Shown: one piece after another, positions 55,514 to 64,000 of the stretch | Layout: each line of letters starts with the position of its first letter | How positions within the stretch are numbered: position 1 is the stretch's first letter | NCBI GenBank assembly: GCA_963693365.1 | Contig: CAVNZM010000010.1 | Location: 5,395,794-5,459,793 of the forward strand | Length of the DNA: 64,000 nt | From: Amoebidium appalachense | Lineage: Eukaryota > Protista > Ichthyosporea | Direction of reading: 5' to 3' | Program-made: the position numbers and the translations under genes | Notes under the pieces: generated by a model | The model's database searches: none | What the model saw: the letters and a program-made list of their open reading frames with translations, nothing else | What the model was told of the DNA's origin: nothing

Positions 55514-57744
55514 GTTGGAAGTTCATCGGCACAGGGGCACCTACAGATGTGCCCTGCATTTAAGTCAGATGTGGTGCACGTGGGAAACATGTTTTTCCCC
55601 AACAATAACAAACACGGTATGCACGTATACAGATTGGGCAGAAGTAGGAAAAAAGGGCAGCACGCTCATATTATGGCTTTACTCAGGCGTGTGATGGGCA
55701 GTGTCGCTCGTTTATCGCACACGTGAGACACCAGCTTCATATTGTGTAACATGACAGGGATGGAGTTCTAAGAAGAATGCGAGTACATGAAGTGGTGTGT
55801 GTGATCCTGTGCTTGTGCCCGTATGTGTATATGCCTGGGTTGCGCCCATATTAAAGAAAGCTGGTTTATAAGTGTGATTATGGTGAGTGAAAGGCAAAAA
55901 AACTTCCCAACGGAAAGCGGGAGTAGCAGGCAGAAAAGAAAAACCAAAAGGAAGTGCCACAGAAGAATTTAGCGGTTATGAGCCATGCATAATACCGTGT
56001 AAGCCCACAAGGCGTCCACCCTGCCACAGTACACTCACAATTAATTGGATTCAATATATATGCCACAAAAACCATACTATGACGCATAGCAGTGATGCGC
56101 AGACACATGCCCCTTTAGCACCCATGCAAGAAGTGCTAACCACTCACCTGTACCAGCAGCAAATGAGAAAGGATGTAAGCGCTGATGGCTGGTGTTAAAG
56201 CCTAGTAATGCCGCTAGTATTAGAAACGGAGCTCGAAACCCCTATGTAAATCTAGATGCAACGTGTGTGCACTCAGTAACCTCGAGCTCCCCACCTTTTT
56301 GTTAACCCAGAGGAGTTCTAATTTGTCTGCAGAACCCAAAAAACCTGCACAGGCTAAGATGTTTAAGGCTCTAACCACATAAAGTCCCTGAAAAGAAATT
56401 AACACACGCGCTTCTGTATAACACTGTCCTCAACATTCCCCTCTCTCTCCTTAGCTTTTTTGTTCTCTATTCGAACCGAGTCGCCTTGTGCCACCGGCGT
56501 TGGGTTGCGCCCGTTACACACGTCACCCAGGCCGGCAGATTGCTTCTAAAAATAGCACTCACAGATCCGTATCACGGCCCTGCGCAGGGGATATTGATGC
56601 TACCAGAATGTAAAGGTGTTACTAAAAATGGAACGCTAAAAAAAGAATTTTCGAGACGGCAGTGACTCGTATCAGAAAGAGAAACCTCGGGAATCAAGGT
56701 TTCAGGTGTGCGCCCCCCGCGCACTGCCAACTGCCCCATGGCCACGTCAATGATGCCATCAAAGCAGCATGTGTAATACCGTGCGGGCCCGGGGAGGTGA
56801 TGGGCTCTGGTGCCTTGTGCAACTACATAAATACCTTGGCCTCTAGCTATATAGCTCTTCAATCTCTAATACCCACACGTATACTTGTGTTTGTTTTTGT
56901 CTCCTATAGGGGCCAGTACTAGTAGCTATGACTTTCACGGCCGGCTCGCATTCTCAGTGACAGTAACCGATACATAACATAGCTATTTTCTGAGGCATTC
57001 CGAATCCGGTCGACTGTCGGTGTGTAGGCCTCGTAAAAAAAATGATGAAACACCGAGCATATATACTTCAGCAAAATGCTTACTGTTTCTGCTTTTTGCA
57101 AACTTTCAAAGTTTATGCGGAACATGCATGCACACGTACATGCACAGTGCGGGAGAGTATCCGCGCGCGGCGGGGGTGGAGGGGCAGCATCGGAGGATTC
57201 AATAAGAACATTCGTACAAAAAAAACAGCCACATGTACACTCGGGCATGAAAGCTGGCTTGTCGTTCCCTTTATTGCGAGTTGCTTGGTTAAGAGTGAAT
57301 ATACAATTGCAACAAATTGTCCATCCTATCAACCTTTGAAACATATGCATACATACACATACAGACGCACAGACATCGGGTTCTGCAATGAGCAGGGGTA
57401 GATAATAGCAAACGCCGTACATACATAACACCAACCTAGAGTGTGTTATGTAAACTAGCACAATCGGCAATACATTGCATTCCTAGGCTACCAAATGTGA
57501 CCCAATAGAAAATCTCACTGTAACCAAGAGGGATCCCTGACAGTGTCATACCTACTACGTTCATGCAATACCTCCTCTCCCCCCCCCCCTCCCCCCCCTC
57601 TGCCCCCACCCACCCACCCACCCACCCACCCACCCACCCCTCCCCACTTCCCTCCCTTCGAAGTCCCAAGAGAATCCCAAACACCACCCCCACTATGTGT
57701 GCCTGTGTCTGTGTGTGTGTGTGTGTGGTGTGCACCTGTGCGCG

Positions 57745-57777
<33 letters not shown>

Positions 57778-58017
57778 TTGTGTGTGTGTGTTGTGTGTGC
57801 GCGCATGTGTATGTACCTGTACAATGGTACGTGTATGTATATATATGATCGCCGTCAGGCCATGCTACGACATGCATGCGGGCATACATGTGTGCACGTA
57901 GGAATGTGTGTGTATGTGGGTGCCTGTGCATGCACGCATATTGTGTGTCTGTACACGCATGTGTGTATGTGCATGCACGTGTGTGTGTTTGTGTGCACGT
58001 GCAGTACCTCCAGCCAC

Positions 58018-58524
58018 CTATGAAATAGTAGAGTGTGACTTCCACTCGTCCTTCACCTTGTGGTCTGCCGGATTGGCGTTGAGTTCGTACACCGTAATAA
58101 TGGTGTCCCTTTTAACCTGTGAAGGGCATCACGTAAAAAAACCATTCTCCGTTGCAAAATGTCAGTTGTCTAACGCAAACTATTAAGCGTGCTTTATTGA
58201 TGAAGATTACAACCCTGTGAGCAATATGCCCGGGAGGTGGGGCGGTGGGGCGGGGTGGGGGGGTCTGTTTGTCTGTAGGATTAGGGGAGTGGGACCGGGC
58301 AAACATGTGGGTAGACGGGCAGGCGGGCAGGCAGGTAGGCCCTCCGAGTGGGTGTGTTACGATGATTATAATACTGGAGGAAGGAAGAGGGGGGGGGGGG
58401 GGGGGGGGGGGGGGGCACGTTTTTCTAACTTTTGATTGGTGACATGGACATTTCGTCGGATGATCTCCCCCATTCCACCCTCCTTTATTTGTTCCTTTTT
58501 ATTTCTTTCTTTCTTTCTTCTTCT

Positions 58525-58560
<36 letters not shown>

Positions 58561-59114
58561 GGGGGGGGGGGGGGGTATGTGTGTGGCATACATATACTCT
58601 GATGTGTGTATGCTAAACAGAGCACAAGAAAAAAAAGTTTTCAGGCCACGGCCCAACAGCCGATTCATTGTTCAGTCTGCCCACCTGAAAGAACTCTCCG
58701 GCCAGACCAACGTAGTAGACCTTTGTGGTGTCGCCACCGTTACTTGCTGAAAAAAACAGTGTGATGCTGTGGAGGTTCTGGAACTTGCTCACCCTGACAT
58801 GCGCGGTGTCGAAAATGCATGTTAAAGGGGGTTTTTTTAGGTCAATTTATAGGCCCTTTCGGGTCGGGCCAAAATGATGTTTGGCGAGCATCTTGCCAAT
58901 CACAAAGCGTAGATCGCGTTCGGGTCTAACATGACCCGGATCCCTGAAAGAAACACCTTTAAATACCAATGTCCGTATTTTCTTTGCTACATGTTTGTAC
59001 AGACATCACACCACAAAATGCAGGCAACCCAATGCGCGACACGGGGCCATAGAAGATCATCCATACAGTAAGATATATAAGAGGGACTGTGTGTGTGTGT
59101 GTGTGTCTGTGTGT

Positions 59115-59194
<80 letters not shown>

Positions 59195-59871
59195 GTATGA
59201 GTATGTGCTGGGGGGGGAAGGGGGAAGGGGGAAGGGGGGGGGGGGGGGGAAGAGGGGGGGGGGGGGGGGGGGGGGATAAAAGGCAAGATACAGTGGAGCG
59301 TGCCGCCCTCTCTCTCCCCTCCACCCCCATTCCTCTCTATATCCCTCTCCCCCTCCCCCGCTGCCTCCACTCCCCCCCCCCCACCACCACCACCACCACC
59401 ACCACCACCACCACCACACAGACACACACACACACCAACTCCTCCCCGCCTTTAAACGCCCGAAAAACAAAAACCCATCCCAAACCCTGCATGCATGCTG
59501 CAGCTGCAACGCGAAATGGGAAAACCATGACCCTCAATGTCCAAATCATTGGAACATACCTTGTTGGGTATTCCAGTTTTCCCGTCGGGTCTGTGTGTAG
59601 GTCAAACTCTTGCAGTGGGGTGCAGTCTTCTACGTTGTCAAAGTCTATGTCGTCTCGGTTGCCGAACACTGCGGCGTTCAAGCGGTTAGGCCTAAACTAC
59701 AGAGCACATTTGCCTCGCACCTACACAGAGAGGATTCCTTCTGTAAAATAAACAAGGCAAAGTATATTCTATAGCTCAACGAAAAAGCAATCTATTTGTT
59801 TGCGAGGCTGCCGAGTGTATCCGCGGGCTGTGTGAAAGTCCCCCCCCCCCCCCCCCCCACCCACCCCCGGG

Positions 59872-59904
<33 letters not shown>

Positions 59905-59974
59905 AAGGAAAAAAGGTGGAGGGGAAATCATCTCCATCCTCCCCTCTCCCCCCACCCCTCCCCATCCTTTTTTT

Positions 59975-60043
<69 letters not shown>

Positions 60044-60310
60044 ACCCTCGCGTGCGCCTTATAACTTGCGTGTGTGGGTGCGGGTGCTCGTGGGTTTGTG
60101 TGTGTGTGTTTCGAGGTATGGTTAGTAGATGTGTGCGTCAAAGGACGAAGTGGAAAATACAAACCACGGTGGGAATAGGGAAGAGGTGAGATGGACAGCG
60201 AACCAAGGGCGGAGAAAAGACAAGGGTGAATGGACATGAGGAGGTATCGAAAGGAGGAGAAAGAGGCAAAGAGGATTTCCTTTTTCTTTTTTTTTTTTTT
60301 TTTTTTTTTT

Positions 60311-60347
<37 letters not shown>

Positions 60348-60673
60348 CCTTTAAGTGTTTTGGGTGTGTTTCGTCCGAAGGCCCGACCACCTTAATTGAC
60401 TTGATCTTTACATTTCCGGTGAACCTTGAGGCCGAATAACAGATATCAGAAGCCCAGAACCGAGTACTAAAGAGTCAAGTCAAAAGAAATTTGGAATCCA
60501 CAGGCTGTCTGTAAGTACAACAGGCAAAAATGAAACAGGAAAGCATTTAGATATATTTATCACTGGGGGGGGGGGGGGGGAGGGGGGGGAGAAGGGGCCG
60601 AAACCCGAATGCTTAAGCAAAAGTGAGTATCCCATCTAAACATAATTGTTTAAGGATGCAGGGAAAGGGCAGG

Positions 60674-60730
<57 letters not shown>

Positions 60731-62136
60731 GGGGGAGGTTAAGCATACTTGGAGCCCCCAAACCAGCGCGTGATGGTCTGCAGACAGAGGTGGGGCCGGG
60801 GGGGGGGGGGGGGGGGGGGGGGGGGATGGGTTTGGTGTAGTAGAAGCACATGACAACGACTGCCTGCCACCTCTGTTTATTTCTAGTTCCGACTTTGAGG
60901 CCCTTCTTCCCTTGCTTCTGTTTGTTTTATTTCCTGCCACATACGTCATGGTGGGGGAGGAAGGAGAAGAAGGGGGAGGAAGGGGAGGAGAGGAGGGGGG
61001 AGGGGGGGGAGGGGGGGGGGAACCTACGGCACGTGTATGATAAGCTGGTCATCGGTGTCACTCTCAATAAACTGCAAAGGTATTGGTTAGCTACAGCGCC
61101 CAATGGCCAGAAAACATAGGCATTCTCCCCCTCCCCCCCCCCCCCCCTCCCCTCCCGTCCTCCCTCCCCCCCCCCCCCCCCCCTCCCCCGCCCCCCCTCA
61201 AACCACCACCACCACCACCCCAACCTACCCCTGCGGGAGGTGTGGCCTGCATAAGCCCTCTCCTCCCACAGAGCCAAAAACTGAAACACTCAACCATAAA
61301 ACATATGACGATGATAAAGCGTGAGGATTAACCGGCCGACCTAACAATAGCGGTGGCAATAAAGAGACAGGCTAACCACTGAAACGAGAATGCAACAAGA
61401 CGAGAACCAGACATGTAAAGGGTGCCTTCATGCCCTACAAAGAACAACAATATGCTCAGTGCACACCTTTGTCGTATCGAGCCTGTCTTCCCATGGCTTG
61501 AAGACTCGCATACCGGAGTTCTCCTCACTCTCGTTCAAACAGCGCACCTGAGACGTCCGTTTTGGGGTTAATACAAAATAATGAGAAAAAACAATAAAAA
61601 GACAATAAAAAGGAAAGACAGGAAGAAAGAAAATGAAAAGGAAAGAAAGTGAAAAAAGGAAAAGAGAAAAAAAAAAGGAAGGCAAGAGCTGCCACAACGT
61701 CTGCGGGCAGGTGGGCGTCTTACCAAATTGGCACATGATTGCTGCATCACAATGTTGTGCACGTACATGGGAGGTGTGTGTGCACGTGTGCGTGTGCGTG
61801 TGTGCGTCTGCATGTGTGTGTGTATGCGGGTGTATGCGTGCACGCCTGTGCCAGTTGTATTATGCTGCAAGTTATGTGTCGGTTATTGCTTGAACCGAAA
61901 ATGCGAGTGCATGTGCTCTACAGCAGTAAGGTGTATCAGGTAACGGCAACAGCTGGAAGTGAGGAAGGCGGAGGAATAGGGGCATGGGCATGAGAGTGAA
62001 CAGCAACTCCCGTGCAATATTTATGAGAAACCAAAACAGAGGGAATACAGCTGTTGCAGTGTTCGGTGGATATGTGTAGTGTGGTCGGATGGGAACCGGA
62101 GAGGTATATCTTGGCAAGCAGGGGGGGGGAAGAAAA

Positions 62137-62167
<31 letters not shown>

Positions 62168-62769
62168 TGACGACAACAATGGAAATGGACGTGAATGAAA
62201 TCTAAGATTAGTTGGTTTCAAAGACTTCCTTAAGATTGCCTCGACTGCAATGAAGACATCCAGACAACCATGGCAGCAAAACAAGGACGTCAGACACCAG
62301 GATCTCAAAGTTTGGGTACCTTTCCGGAGTCGATGTACTTGTAAAGAGAGTACTCAACACCACGCTCCGGTGAATCGTGATCGTGGCTGTGACCTAGGGC
62401 AACAAGGGGATCCATCAGTAGGAGTGGACGTGGTGGTGGTAAAGAGCTTGAGTCAAGCAAGCCCCTTTCCCCTCCCCTCCCCCTTCCCCTCCCCTTCCCA
62501 CCCCGCTACCCCTTTAAACCCACGACCACATCGGATGTATTTCCCTCGCCCCTTACTAACTCCACCCACCCACCCCTCACGCTCTGCCTCTCTCCCTTTC
62601 TCTCTCCCCTTCTGGCCCTTCTCTCTTTCTCTCCCTCTCTTTATCTCCTCCCCTCCCCCCCCCCCTCCCCCCCCTCTCCCCCTTCGCCCGGGAGATGGGA
62701 ACAGCGCTCACCGTGGTCGTGGCTGTGGCTGTGACCACACTCGCCTGCCTCACGACTACAGTCGCCCAT
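58018..62769 (-). CDS. PITHD1: PITH domain-containing protein 1, 8 exons (~62769-62712, 62393-62320, 61548-61468, 61070-61027, 60424-60349, 59668-59560, 58793-58685, 58116-58018)
   Basis: [19 protein letters not shown]|[25 protein letters not shown]|[27 protein letters not shown]|[15 protein letters not shown]|[16 protein letters not shown]|[18 protein letters not shown]|[26 protein letters not shown]|..[16 protein letters not shown]-stop. Phases are consistent; internal exon borders are accurate to about +/-2 nt. Confidence 0.93.
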
Positions 62770-64000
62770 TCTTCCTGCTGGTGGTTGAAAGAAGATGCGG
62801 TGGCACACAGAAACTCCGTAGTAATCCTCAGCACTAAGACTTGAAGAAGAAACGTTGTTTCCGTAGTACTTTTTGGCCCCACGAACATCGGCCAGGGCTC
62901 AGTGTCTAACGGCGAAACTTTGTCAATAAATTATGCAATAGATGTTAAGCTATAAACTTTTGATATTGTTTAAAACCATAATGCTATAGTTTAAGTGTTG
63001 CATCCGTTTAACTCTATATTAATCATGTACATGGAGTGCCTCATTTACTATTGCGGGGGTGCTGGCTTTCATGTATGTCACCGGTCTGCGCAAACGGGGG
63101 AAGAGAAGGGTGATTCTTATTGTCAAAAGTGAGATGGTAAAGTCTGGTGTAGAGTGATTACTCTTCTATGTAATGTACATGCTAGCTAAGCTGACAGCAA
63201 TAATACCCTAAAGGCACTTTGTTCACACCCAGAAACATCTTTTGGGATTAAAGGTTAAGTTGCTAGGGGATAGCTAGCTAGCTAGTGTTAGGGTTAGGGT
63301 GTAAATAAAGAAAGTAAACGCCGTAGTGCTAGGTGAAACATTAGTCATGGGGCAGGGCTCATCAACCGGGTCACACGACCTTGAACGCACGAGCCCGTCG
63401 GGCGCTGCTCGTAGGAGTTCTTCAAATGATACGTCGGTGCCACGCCCTCCAAGGTAACATTTTCTTGCCTTTCTCTCGTGTTCCTGGGCATTTAAAAAGC
63501 CAAAGGTCTTTTTAGCTGTTGCTACTTGTTATGGTTAATAAGTATAGCGTCAAGGGGTAGCTGCGACTAATTACTATACCCCTTGGATATTTGTTTTTGA
63601 GAGAGATTTGCCTCTCTTCGGGCAGGATAAGTAGTCCTTGGGAGGTATGAACAGCTATATTTTGGTTGGACGTCTGGTAGGAGCCCTTTGCTGATAAGTA
63701 GCTCGCTCTACGTCAACCCTGGTTTGAAGTAAGCTCGGTTTGCCCGCAACATTCTTCTCTCTGTTCAACACACTTTCTCAGCACAATTCTCGTTGTAATT
63801 ACACATTTGAACCGGTAACCATTCATACCACTGGGGTAGCCAAACCGAAGGTTGCTGCCCTAAACTAATTGTGCTCGTGGTTTCGTGTGTTCTTCCTGGA
63901 GCACCATTACTAGATAAATCACTAACATGGTCATGCATTCAGATCATCTGCCATTAATACTGTACGGGCATCCGTACCAGTGCCTGCTGAATCACCCGTG

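Overview
This is a eukaryotic, intron-rich genomic window. Its introns are packed with (CA)n/(GT)n microsatellites and poly(G)/poly(C) tracts. TTAGGG-type repeats and animal-like genes suggest a holozoan, perhaps a unicellular animal relative, but that is inference only. Splicing by hand at GT-AG sites gives five genes: a GST-family gene (-), protein disulfide isomerase (+, 12 exons, KDEL), a carnosine-synthase-like ATP-grasp ligase (-), a ~34 kb BPTF/NURF301-like gene (-) and PITHD1 (-). Most ORFs in the supplied track are low-complexity artefacts. The main candidate novelty is a diversified family of non-coding elements, mostly 5'-truncated, that end against poly(C) tracts. They share a structured-RNA module containing both hammerhead core strings in reversed order (GTCGAAAC ... 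CTGANGA inside a covarying hairpin) plus a sequence-variable palindrome. Other points of interest: a promoter-like CCAAT cluster in the middle of the BPTF locus (possible split gene or internal promoter), a perfect ERSE upstream of PDI, (CA)n-AG splice acceptors, duplicated splice junctions, and an AT-rich insert bracketed by telomeric repeats.
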